From: Phoronis australis
Lineage: Eukaryota; Animalia; Phoronida
DNA: 64,000 nucleotides
Direction of reading: 5' to 3'
Assembly: GCA_002633005.1 (NCBI GenBank)
Contig: NMRA01000879.1
Location: 31,495-95,494 of the forward strand
Made by a program: the position numbers and the translations under genes
The notes under the pieces: generated by a model
The model's input: the letters and a program-made list of their open reading frames with translations, nothing else
Told to the model about the DNA's origin: nothing
The model's database searches: none
In this document: in pieces, positions 1-11,439 of the stretch
Position numbering within the stretch: the stretch's first letter is position 1
Layout of the letters: each line of letters starts with the position of its first letter

Positions 1-228
1 CAGTCGTAAAGACATTAACGCCAGTATGTATACGGAATTCTTTGTATCCCTTGGTATTGCTGGAGTTAACTTGAGTTGGTGCTGGTGCTGGTGCTGGTTG
101 CGATGATATTGTTTTGTCGTACACACTGGCTAATATAACGTCAGAAGTCACGTCAACGTTACTTCCGCCATACACACGGGTACTTGCGGAGCCAAATGCT
201 GAGAGCGTGCTTAGACGGTACAGGGATT
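1..228 (-). CDS. LCCL gene A exon 6 (runs off the window): ESLYRLSTLSAFGSASTRVYGG...QPAPAPAPTQVNSSNTKGYKEFRIHTGVNVFTT
   Basis: Acceptor catttcAG and a compatible phase. The frame is open for 76 codons to the window edge. Domain not recognised. Confidence 0.7.
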
Positions 229-385
229 CTGAAATGAAATGCAACCATAGTCATAAGGTTACATTGCACTCGTCCGTGAACTACTATAGAACATCCAGGG
301 TATTTAGAAAATCGTCAATAAGTCTTTGCATTCAGTCAAATATCTTAAAACTAGTTATGACAATTATTCCAAATCAAATACTTAC

Positions 386-435
386 CAGTTTTTCGACTGG
401 ACACAAACTTCTTGCAAGAATAAGTATTACCATAC
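386..435 (-). CDS. LCCL gene A exon 5 (50 bp): YGNTYSCKKFVSSRKT
   Basis: Acceptor ttgcAG and donor GTAAGT. Phase 2 in and phase 1 out match the neighbouring exons, and the frame is open. Confidence 0.75.
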
Positions 436-2238
436 CTGCAAGTTGGTATTACAAGAACATCAAATGATTTCAGACCATTTTAAATGTGTAATTTGAAATT
501 CATTAAGGGCCTGGAAACAGGTTAAATTGGTGGTTTATTTTTCAGATTTTTATTTTAATCTTTGACCACAACAGAAAGTAAAACTTGTATGGTTCACAGA
601 GTTTTTATACTCGTATTCTAAAGCCCTTTAAACGAAAGCGCCTCTCACAAAAGTGAAAAAATTCCCTATGTTTCTAAGGGGTCACCTCTAATTAACCTAA
701 TGACTAAAATGTTTTTGAAATTGGCTTAATTTCATTGTGCAATATATTATATTGATGAGCGATTTATGAAAAGGAAAAATCAAAATATTACTGACTTCAA
801 TTTTGAGGCATTTTGTCTGATTCGGAATTGCATAAAAATGCTAAGTTTGACCTTCTCAAATCGCGAAAATCACAAAATAATACATGTAATTAGGTCGTTA
901 AATGTCACTAGATACGCGATTATGGTGCTGGAATTGTAAACTAATTTACTTGATGTTTAGAAATCTATGACATTGTTAAGCAGAATCTTCATAACTGTCA
1001 TTCGACTTAGTCACACCTAATTGCTTTGTACTACGTAAAGTCATGTTGTGCGCTCCTTGTAAACGCCAAAAACACGAAGAATTCAACGCCAAATCAATAT
1101 TTTTAAACTCAGAAATCGTTCTTTGAAATTAAAAATCCCAGTCAAATAAATAATAAGTTAGTTATTGCGCTTAAACAGCGACTTTTTACGGCTATGTGGG
1201 AAACTGCGTCAACACCCGTTGATAAACAACGCGTTCGTTACACGTAAGTTACCGGATCATGTCGTGAACTTACACTGAATAGGCAACAGCTTTTGTGGTT
1301 TCCTGTAGATTTAATTCATTTGTCAAAGTTTGTTGCTATTGATCCTGCTCAACCCAGGAACTATGTGTCTAACACAATTTTATTTCTTAATGTTTTTGTA
1401 AGTGCCCGAAATAACTTTTTAGAAACTATGCACGTAATGAAAACATGTAGTATAATCCATTAAATCCCAACACAAAATTCGCAAAGCATTTTTTCTAAAT
1501 CCCAAAACCAACCCAAATCTAACTTGCGGGATCTTTTTGAACATGCATCTAGTATACACCGTGATTGCAAAACTGAGAATGACGTACTTCAGGCACAGAG
1601 CCGCCGGAACAATGGTCAGGATTAAACTCTTGTCACTTAATATGACTAACATTATTGGTCTCGATAAAATTTCAGCGTGCCCATACATTAATGCAATGGA
1701 GAATGCTGTTCTTCCTACTGCGGTTATGCTGTATATTATAAATAGGCTCTGAAGGAGCGAAACAAGCCCCGTAATCGGATAAAAGTAGAATTCGAGATCT
1801 GTTTCTTTGCAGAAGAATACATGTAGAAGAGCACATACGTAATTTTCACTTCTGTGAACCAACACATTTTGTAGAAGCATCAATTATAATTGGAAATTTC
1901 AAAGAAATTATTCTACAAAAAACGGCGAGAGTAACTGAGATTCAGTGTTATACAACTGTTCGTTGTTCTTTTTTGCTGTTGGTTGATGGTAGTTCAAGCT
2001 TTGCTGCTTCAATATAACATACGCTAGTTGGTAAGAGGTGCATTATTATAAGAAACGCAAACTCGGATTATTAAATTCTCCTTTGAACGTTTCACACCAA
2101 AACACAAACCTGAATAATTACTTGCCACGTTTGAAAAGATGCTTTGTATGTGACGGGGAAGTTCAAATGTACAGGAAACTGACAAGTGCCCATGTTTAAA
2201 GACACGTGGTCTCAGAAATGAACGTTAAATCAACGTAC

Positions 2239-2387
2239 CCCCAAGTTTTCCCAGCCCCGTAACGAAGTGAAAGGAGATACACAGACGGGGAAGTGCAGGT
2301 TGTCCATTTGACCGTTCTGTCTGCGTCATTGTCACCCCAGGGTAATATACGACCATCGTGCCATGCTGACCGGCATATGGAGGAATC
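2239..2387 (-). CDS. LCCL gene A exon 4 (149 bp): DSSICRSAWHDGRILPWGDNDADRTVKWTTCTSPSVYLLSLRYGAGKTWG
   Basis: Acceptor caacAG and donor GTACGT. Matches the LCCL core motif SSICxAAxHxGxI. 38/50 aa identical to exon 48577-48725. Confidence 0.92.
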
Positions 2388-3065
2388 CTGTTGAAGCAGA
2401 ATAAAAATCTAAACACGACCCAAATGCAATGCAACCAAATTTTAAAAGAAAACAAAACTGATACATACATGTAACTGTCACAAGCACTGAAAAGCATCCC
2501 ACGCCATCGCACAGAAACGACTGTAACATAGGGGATTTTTCTAAACCCCCTCGAGCATCCAACCCACAAAGCCGTCGACCCCCACGACCCCCTCGACCTG
2601 AGGCAATAGAGGTATTGTTGTTCTTTCTGCATGTTTAATAATCTTATAAGTCGCATACTGACTTTCCTTAAAGACTTGGTGTGACAAAGAGGTCGACGAT
2701 GATTGGCCTCGCAGATTTTAGCGATAATATAAGCAAAAGTAAAGCACATTCACGTAAGACAATGGAAGATATTTATGAAAAATCTCCAAAAACTGTTTTT
2801 TTAAAGTGATAGATATTGATTGAAGAATACACAGAGCATACAAAGAAATAATGACAAACCCGGAAATCGCGAAGCATTATATCTGGGTTGTGAACAATTT
2901 ATAAATAAAACAAATTTGCATAGAAGTATATACATGTAACAGAGCAAGTCTCCAGTCAACAACAAAAATGTGTATTTTACCTCGTCATGCATGAGTTTCA
3001 GTTCAGTTATACATGATAACGAGCAATTTCATAGGAAGAAACACCCTTCTCCTAAACCTGTCTCT

Positions 3066-3217
3066 AGCGAAGTCCCCGACACGTACAGTCGCGTCCGCAT
3101 GCTCACGTAACAAAGGCGCACTGAGACGCAGCAAAGATATTAGCATAAGAATAACTGAAAAATTACAACTTTAAATAAGAATAACAATATGCGTAAAGTT
3201 ACTAACGTCCCGTCACA
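3066..3217 (-). repeat. Gypsy 3' LTR (truncated), preceded by a polypurine tract at 3218-3228
   Basis: On the minus strand AGGGGGGAGGA is followed by TGTGACGGGACG. Matches 11308-11437, and similarity stops at about 3066. Confidence 0.85.
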
Positions 3218-4018
3218 TCCTCCCCCCTAACAGAAAATGTCGTCCCGACATCATTAACACTGAATTTGAAGACAAAGCACAGTACTGGCTACAGACATCT
3301 CAACGCACACTCCACTCCCAACACGGCAACGCCTGGCGTGCTCGCAATAGCAGCAAATTAAAAAAAAATAGTGACCTGCCAATTTTAATCGGTCCGGCAC
3401 CATCTGCCGTCCGCACAGAATACGCATTATTTCTCTGAGAGACAACACGATAAGGAGCTGAGCCAAATGCATTCTGAATTTTATGCCTCCCTATGATACT
3501 GTGGTCTCTCAGAAATATTGTTGCACCAACCAGAAGCGACTGGGAGAACACACGTGTATCATTTCTATCTATATTTCTATCATTCGAAGTGTCTTTAAAT
3601 ACTGAGCACGCTGCCACGCGTCTGTCATTTTATTTGCTCTTAACTTTACATACTCGTCTGTGCAACCATCTGCCAGATTTGCTGCACCAAACCGCTGGAG
3701 AAAATCCGAAGGAAATTTCGGTTCCCTTCCAAAGAACAAGAAAAACGGAGAGTACTCAATAGTGCTGTGTGTACAATTATACGACATCACAAGATCATGT
3801 ACATACTGCGGCCATTTACGCTTGTGATCAATTGAAAAAGTTTTCAACAGATTATGCAATGTGCGATTAAAACGCTCACACTGTGAATTTCCCTCAGGAT
3901 GATATGGGGTTGTACGGGATTTCTGAATGTCATATGATTGACACAACTGCTTAACCAGACCGCTTTCAAAATTGCCACCCTGATCGCAATGAATCCTGTC
4001 CGGAATACCGAACTTGTT

Positions 4019-5220
4019 AAATTTCGCCAACTATGTTGCTCTTACACTAAGTTTGTTTTTTTTTTGTTTGTTAGCACGATACAGGTCACAATTTTCGTCC
4101 GATCATCACGAAATTTACATATAACACGTACTTCCGGAAGTACTGGAAGCCTATTTTTTGTCAAAATCGGATCCAAGATGGCGGCTGTGGCGGCCATTTT
4201 GTTTTCATTAAAAGGTTTAAATGCTTCTGCAGGCTACAATTTTTTACGTAAAAGGCTAACAATCGGCACAGTAAATGGATCGAAAGTTATCTGCGAGTAT
4301 CCTGGAAATTGTTCAATTCCAAATAAAGATGGCAGAAATATCGGCGATCGCGCATGCGCACCTCGATTTTGGCCTAAAAACATTTTCTCCTGTAGAGGGC
4401 GCATTATAAGACCAATTTCTTCGAATTTTTACATGCATTAGTTTCTTATGACAAGCTGTTATACAAAGCCAAAAAACGGTAATTTTCTTTCAAGATGGCG
4501 GATCTGGCCCATGTTGACCTATTTTCAGTCCTGCTGGAGTGTGATTTTAAACGGGAAGAGAAAAAGACGTGATTTTTTGCATGTGGTTTCTTTGAAGTAT
4601 ATCCTTTCAAATGGCCTGTAGCAATTTTTTTCTCAGACTTACCGTTTTCGAGTTATTTGACTTTGAATTTCTTAAAAAGAAAAACGCAAAATTTCAGTTT
4701 TTTCGAAAAAATTTACGGAATTAGGCGATACCATTAGTTTAGATAGAATTTTGAACGGGCTTTCAGAAGATGCTTTCGCTAGGACGTCTATTTTTCGAGT
4801 TATTTGAGATTTTCTGATAACGCTGTTCCTTTGTTGAGCGCTCTTGCTGCATTGGTGTTGGTTTATCTTCTATTGAAGTAGGCTGTAGCCTATTTCTTAT
4901 TGATTTATGACATCTAAGTTCGTCATATGAATGTTGTGATGTTGTTCATTATCGCCACCACCATCATCATGTTCGTCATCATCGTCATCATCTTTGTCAT
5001 CATCTCCGTCGTTGTCTTTTCCGTTAATTTCGCCAAGTGTCGCTCAAGACTGTAGCCATTTTCTTACTGATTTCGGACTTCTACGTTCGTCATGTGTATG
5101 TTATTATTACTTTTTGTTCATCCTCGCCACCATCGTCGTCATATTCCTCATCTTCTTCATCATCTTTATCGTCATCTTTTTGGTTAATTTCGCCAAGTTT
5201 CGCTCCTCGGAGCGCTTTCA
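4019..5220 (+). mobile_element. Non-autonomous Helentron/HINE-like insertion in the Gypsy integrase
   Basis: Removing it restores integrase ..TEQ*FNKFGIP... It is flanked by TT on both sides. A TTTCGCCAA motif sits near both ends, with a 3' hairpin CGCTCC-TC-GGAGCG before the terminal TT and a GTTT-type repeat near the 5' end. Confidence 0.65.
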
Positions 5221-7080
5221 TTGAACTATTGCTCAGTCAACGCCTTGGCAACAGTCAGGGCAGTTTGATTGCGTGACAGTACAACCTGCGCGAACTTCGT
5301 GAATATGCCAGTCATCACTAATATGTTTTCCTTACCGTCACTGGACGGCTCTAGCACAGTAAAATCAACGGCTAACTTTCCATTGGGTCTACATGCAGTC
5401 AAGTGACTCGTGATCGTCTTCGGTTTTTTGTATGGGCCCTTGGAAATTTGATGCCTCTCACATAATTTGCAATGGTCTGTCACATCATTTTGCATGCCTA
5501 CCAAAAAGTAACGATTACTAATCAAATCAAATGTTCTCTTATACCCTTGGTGCCCAGCAGCATCATGTAGAAACACCATAATTTCTCTTCGTAGTGATTG
5601 TGGCACAACTAACAAACTTACAACTTCATTATCAACTGACGAGATCATGTTTATGAACAGCATTCCCCGGTCTAAGTACAGATCATTCCAATACCTCAAA
5701 TTATTCCGTATGCCGCTATTTGCGGTGTCACCAGGCTTACCTTTTGCTTGTAAGCTTTCCATCACGCCACCAAGAATAACATCATGACGCTGTGAATTCA
5801 CTAATTCGGTGTTTGTTAGGGCAGGGAATGACGACGAAGTGTCCAACCCACTCTGTGTCGTAACAAACTAAAGCCTGACAGGGATCAGGTCACAATATTC
5901 TTGACAGCGCGAAAGTGTCTAAGTTTGACTTACCAGTCTTGTACACAATATGAAAATTATAATTTGCTAACTCAGAAACCCACCTCTGAGTTGCATGCAA
6001 CCAGCTTAGCTGTGGAGAACGCATATGTAACAGTGCTAACTACAAGCGGCACACCCCCGTATAGGTAATCGTGAAACTCAAGTTTATGTACAGGATAACG
6101 TTTCTCGGCTTCACTCAAACAACGAATGGCAAAGGCAATAGGTCTATTCAATCGTCCCGCCTCCTGATATAATATGGCAGCTATAACGACGTCATACTAG
6201 CGTCAATGTGCACAGAAAATGGCTGTGTACAGTCAGCAGATGCCAGCACCGGGCTACTCGTGCACCTGCGTTTAAGTTCGTCAAAAGCATGCTGGTCTTT
6301 ATCACCTTAAGACAGTCCATTTGGGGCATCAGAAGATTACATGTACGTTTACGACCAGTTACTCCTTTTGTAAGAGCATGGAGAGGCTAGGCAATTGATG
6401 CAAAGTCTTGAATAAAGCGAAGGTAAAACTCCACGAAACTTAAAAAACTTTGTAAGTCTTTCACACACTTTGGAATAGGCCAATCCAACACAACCGCTAT
6501 CTTATCGGGATCACCCCTTGTTGAGATATTACGTGACCCAAATACACCGTTTGCTGCTTAAAGAACTCACATTTTGACGGCTTAAATGTCATATCAAACT
6601 CACGTACGCGTTGAAACACGTTTCTCAACCGGATTAGATGCTTCTCAAATGGATAACTAAATACCAAATATCGTCCAATAATATCAAGCACTCAGACAAA
6701 TACAAATCCCCCATACACATTTCCATCATTTGATGAAGCGTTGCAGGATCATTGGTTAACCCAAACGGAAGTCTATTGCACTCGTAAAATCCGAGTTGAC
6801 CTACAGTAAATGCCGTTTTATGTTTGTCCTCCTCTGCTATATCTACCTGCCAATAAGCAGATTTCATGTCAAGAGTTGAAAAATATTGAGAACAATGGAG
6901 CGTACGCAAATTTTCAGTCGCACGAGGCAAAGCATACGCATCCTTTACCGTGGTCTCTTTCAATTTACGAAAATCTAAGTAAAATCGCAACTCTCCAGAC
7001 TCCTTACGTATCAAGACAATACTGGAAGCACATGGACTATTGGACGGTCTGATAACCCCCACTTGCAACATATCCTTTAA

Positions 7081-8701
7081 AGGAGAATGCCACCCGATTT
7101 AATTAGTCTTCTTTGCCGTCTTAATCGGTCTATATCCACATCGCCTCGCATACGGTTGACCTTACCTTGCCAAGAGCTGTCGCGTTAACCTGTGAGGAAG
7201 GTGAGAAACGACGCTAGCGACGTCAATGGTTCATTTGCAAAGTGAATGTCGCTATGTTGCGGTGCATCGTTCCCGGTTGTCCGAACTAAGCAGCTGCGAG
7301 GAAAGCGGGTATATCGTTTTTTTACTTTCTCGAGAGTCCGAAATGCTTAGGAAGTGGCTCTTGGTAGTGAAGAATGAAATGTACGCTGTAAATAGTAAGT
7401 ATGAGGCCGTGAAACATCTCCGTATCTGTGGCCTGCAGACGTCGACAGTGCCTGACGAATGCCGGCTTACCAAATAACTCCATACGTTCCGTTGTCTGAG
7501 CTTGTTCTCTAGTATTTTTTCATCACTGTATTCTTGTTCGAGTTGATAGCTTGTAAAACTTAACGATCCACCTGCGAAGTCGGGACTGATGAGCTCTAGC
7601 TCGTCCTAAGTCGGGATTGCGAGTTGCCATGTTGGCGTTTATTATTGAACGTTCTTTTTAAAAATGAGTTATTCTCACCCTAACGAATACTTATATAAAA
7701 CTAAAACAAAGTCTGTCTCATTAGATGCAATTTGTAATGCCTTTGGAGTGTTCGTGAGTGCAGCTGATTTGAGAAGCCAGCAACGAATAAATCACTGCGT
7801 TACTGGCTTTAGGTGCAAAACTAATTGACGGGACACCGAGGCCGTGTGAGCTCATAGTGTTTGCTGGCAGAAACTGTTGTGAAACAACTCGATTTCCATC
7901 CCACGGCAAGGTGTTAGGGGAATCTTATTATTTATATTTACATTACTCAAATAATGATTGTCAATGTACAACTTCTCAGTGCCCTGAGGGTGCTGTTGCC
8001 AAAGCGCCGGAACCTGAATTCGAGCCCCCCTACGAGTAAGTAGATTTGCAGTTTCGTGGTAATTCACCAACATAATCACGTGCACATCACTTTGACTCAT
8101 TAGTATAGTATTTTCTTCACTGGAAGTTTAGTTTCCACTGAACTTTGGCTGGTTTATGTTCGTGATGTCTGATCAGTTTCCGAGCCACTGGCCCGCCGGG
8201 ATCAGGACGAGTCAACGACTGCCGGCCGCGACGGACCTGATCGGGGCTCTGAGAGCCACTGGCCTGGATAACAAGCGTTTTGTGTTTAGAACTCAAAAAA
8301 ACACAAGTCTAAACAACACAGATCTAGGAGTCATGTCTGTATCTCACGGATTGGCTTGCCGAACTTTGTAAGCTACGGTGTGTCCAAGTACCATCAAATC
8401 CGTAAGAGCAAAATAAAACAACATGTTTTCATAAGACCTTGGTGTATTTTTAAGGGTTTTACATCGAAGTTTGATGATTCATTGCTGTTAAACGATGATT
8501 TCAAGCGATAAGCTGACACCAGTAACCCGTGTTGTGAACTGCTGAACAGACTGATTGTTAAACCAATGACGCCATTGGATAATTTCAACACCTCCGTCTG
8601 CCGTCATGTCTCAGGTAAAGCAACTGTACTTGTCGTTATGGAGTAGAACTACTCGATCTAAATTGATACAAATTAGGTAGTTTTTTGGGTGGCATGCTCC
8701 T
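7081..8701. mobile_element. Non-autonomous Kolobok-like DNA transposon inserted in the Gypsy RT
   Basis: TTAA TSD at 7077-7080 and 8702-8705. TIRs AGGAGAATGCCACCC / GGGTGGCATGCTCCT (14/15). Excision rejoins ..EVRAHLK|DMLQVGVI... Confidence 0.8.
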
Positions 8702-11135
8702 TTAAGTGAGCTCTAACTTCATTCAACATGTTAGGATGAATAGAGCGATGTCGGTGTTTAAAAGGAGCATCGCTTGTCAAATGTATCTTATGCTGAGCCT
8801 GAGTAACATTGCCAAGATCCAAATCATTCTGCGCAAAATACCTTGATATTCATTGAGTAAGCTTATGGCTCGGGCGCGCTGCTAAATACTTAAATCTGGG
8901 TTTATTATGAACTCCCCAGTATTCTCAGCTGAATCAGAGCACGGAATTTCAGCTGCCGTCTTATCCACCGGTACCAAGCTGCAGATGTTGAACCAGCCGG
9001 AACAGTAACAGACTTACAACCCACATTCGTGACTCTAACAGGAATTATATGATCCCTAGGGTTAATCTCATGCAATGTGGGCCAAACCGGCAAGTTACTA
9101 GGAAGTGACAGTGAACCGTACTCTTGGGTGGTAACCTGTAAACTACAAGATGTACAAGCATCGACTAATTGGGACATTCCAGACAAAGGAAACATGTTTG
9201 TCAGGCTTAACATCGCTTGGAAGAGAAGTTTCACGATTAAAAATAACATTTTTAAAAAACTGCAACCATTCTGAACAATCGTCATTATCAACGACATCGA
9301 TCAAAACACGCAAAGCATTAGTACCCACCATAGCAGGAACACGGAAATCATAAGAAGTGTTTGGAACAACCAAAGACACTACATTAATTGACTCATCGGG
9401 ATCGGGTATTCCAACAGTGACACTAACGTAACCCTTGTAAGGCAAAACTTCCCCGTTAGCGCACTCAACACGCAAAGGTGCAGTAATGTCTGAAATAGGC
9501 AGCACAGACAAACCAATATACTGACACTAGCTCTCAGAGATCGTACTTACCCTAGAGCCTGTATCGAGTAAACGTATACATCTCACATTTGCAATCGTGA
9601 TTTCCTTTTCAAAGGACTCCCTTACTAAGCCTACTGAGGGGGCTTTCCATGCAATCGGTCTGATGCCCCTATGCCGACGACCGAGTGAAGTTTAAAGCAA
9701 CTGTGCAATCGGCAGCTCTATGACCGTATTCATGGCACCGAAAACAAACGCCCGTCAAATCTGAGTAAAGAGTTGTCAGCCCTCACATCAGTAGACTTGA
9801 TCTACTTCGAGTGAAACTACCTTCAAGTTTCTCTATTCTTATAGCCAAAGCATAAATCATGGTAACCATTTTGTCGGTTTTATCACCACTATCAACAGAG
9901 TGATGTGACAGCAATTTTCTGCTGAACTCAGTGTCTAAACGACGGGCCCGAATCAGTAGCTTGTCAAATGATTCCTCACTATAGTGTTCCACAAAATGCT
10001 TTAGACCAAGTCAGTCGTCACTTGACATGAAACCAGACACAGAATGTGATTTTAGCACAGCCTCTTTCGGAATAGGGCATGATTCAGACAGTTTCATTTG
10101 AACTACTAATCTCTCTTAGCGCCAAGCCCAATGGGTAACGCTTTCATTTTTCTCCCGTCTAGAACTGTATTTTTTTCCAACAGGTAACACATCACCGTAT
10201 CTAGACTTTAACTTACTAAACATTTCGTTTACAGACAAATCAGATTCAAGCAATTGAGCGGCACTGCGCCTTAACGAGCGTCTGATCGCTTGTTTCAGAA
10301 AACCATCGTTTTGTAACGTAACCTACAAACACTAAACTTCGCATAACCACCGTTGAAAGGAAATGTTTGCGCTCTCACTATCCGAAAATGTGGGTAAGCA
10401 AAGAAGGTCATTATAAAAAACGTTACCCCATGAATTCACACTTCAAGACGCTAGATTACTCTCAACACTTCTAGTGTCGCCGGACCCAACGACATACGAC
10501 AAAATTTTCTTTTGAACATGAGACGGATCACCTATCAGTGAAATCAACGATGACAATTTTCATCACTTTTACAGGTACAGTTACGGAGAAATGACTCATC
10601 AGTGCTAGTAGCTTTTGAAATTTTCAATTCGAAACCCTCGAAATGGTTCTTGCGTACAAAATTAACACACTTGTTAACCATTTTGTCAGAATCAAAGATT
10701 ATGTAAAAGGTTAAGTTAACTCACCAAGCATGCTTAACCCCATTGCGAATTTCAGCGGGTAGAAAACTCAGCCTCACCATCCTCACACTCTGGCACGTCA
10801 CTAACAATCACACTTTTGTCACACAGCTAATCCATGAGAAAGGATGAAATATATGTACACGGATCATAAACAAATTTAGAATCACTCCAATAATGCGAGA
10901 AAACTTGGACCTACATGTACTGCACGAAAATAGACTCGCTTAAGAAATTAAAGAACTCTCAAAACAAGGCACATTAAATGAACTTATGTCAAGCAACAGT
11001 AACAAAAAACATTTTCAATGTCACAAAATGCTACTGAGTTCAGTTTTCATCAGGATAGGACGTAGTCAAACACATAGTCCAGAAAGTTCCGTTCTTGGCG
11101 ACCACGAGGTTCTGTTCCAGACACCACCACGAATT

Positions 11136-11437
11136 TGTGACCACAATAGTAGCAAATTTAGGCAATGTCCTTTCCAATGAAAATTCTTACCCAAGCTGTG
11201 ACACAAGTCAGTTAGCAGTTCATTTCACCATGTAAGGCCGTAGCACGGTCATAATTTTAAAGACGTCGTCAGCGAAAACGTGTGGTATGTTCGATTTACG
11301 TCGCTATCGAAGTCCCCGACACATACAGTCGCGCCCGCAATTCCACGTAACAAGGCACATTGAGACGCAAGAATAACTGAACCATTACAACTAAATATGA
11401 ATAACAATATGCGTAAAGTTACTAACGTCCCGTCACA
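11136..11437 (-). repeat. Gypsy 5' LTR (~302 bp)
   Basis: Termini TGTGAC...GTCACA. Homologous to 3066-3217. A PBS-like TGGTGTC lies just inside. Confidence 0.8.
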
Positions 11438-11439
11438 TA

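Larger units (their letters stand above)
3066..11437 (-). mobile_element. Degenerate Ty3/Gypsy LTR retrotransposon
   Basis: Gag zinc knuckle CFRCHEYGHRAADC at ~9705-9750 and protease LLDTGS at ~9550. RT fragments at 6634-7071 (IRPSNSP, FSTLDMKSAYWQ, KTAF, PFGLTN). Integrase fragments at 5226-5846 and 3569-4030 (HCDQGGNF, TTPYHPEGN..CERFN). Domain order is PR-RT-RH-INT, with many stops and frameshifts. Confidence 0.95.

Noticed and set aside
2144-2157. 14-bp inverted match to the Gypsy 5' LTR edge (TTGTATGTGACGGG)
   Set aside because: The match does not extend and is in the wrong arrangement for the missing LTR part, so it is probably chance.
2225-2749. ORF-track 174-aa protein, and the 2239-2387/48577-48725 match as a SINE
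   Set aside because: The ORF is in the wrong frame. The homology ends at splice sites and encodes the LCCL core, so these are paralogous exons.
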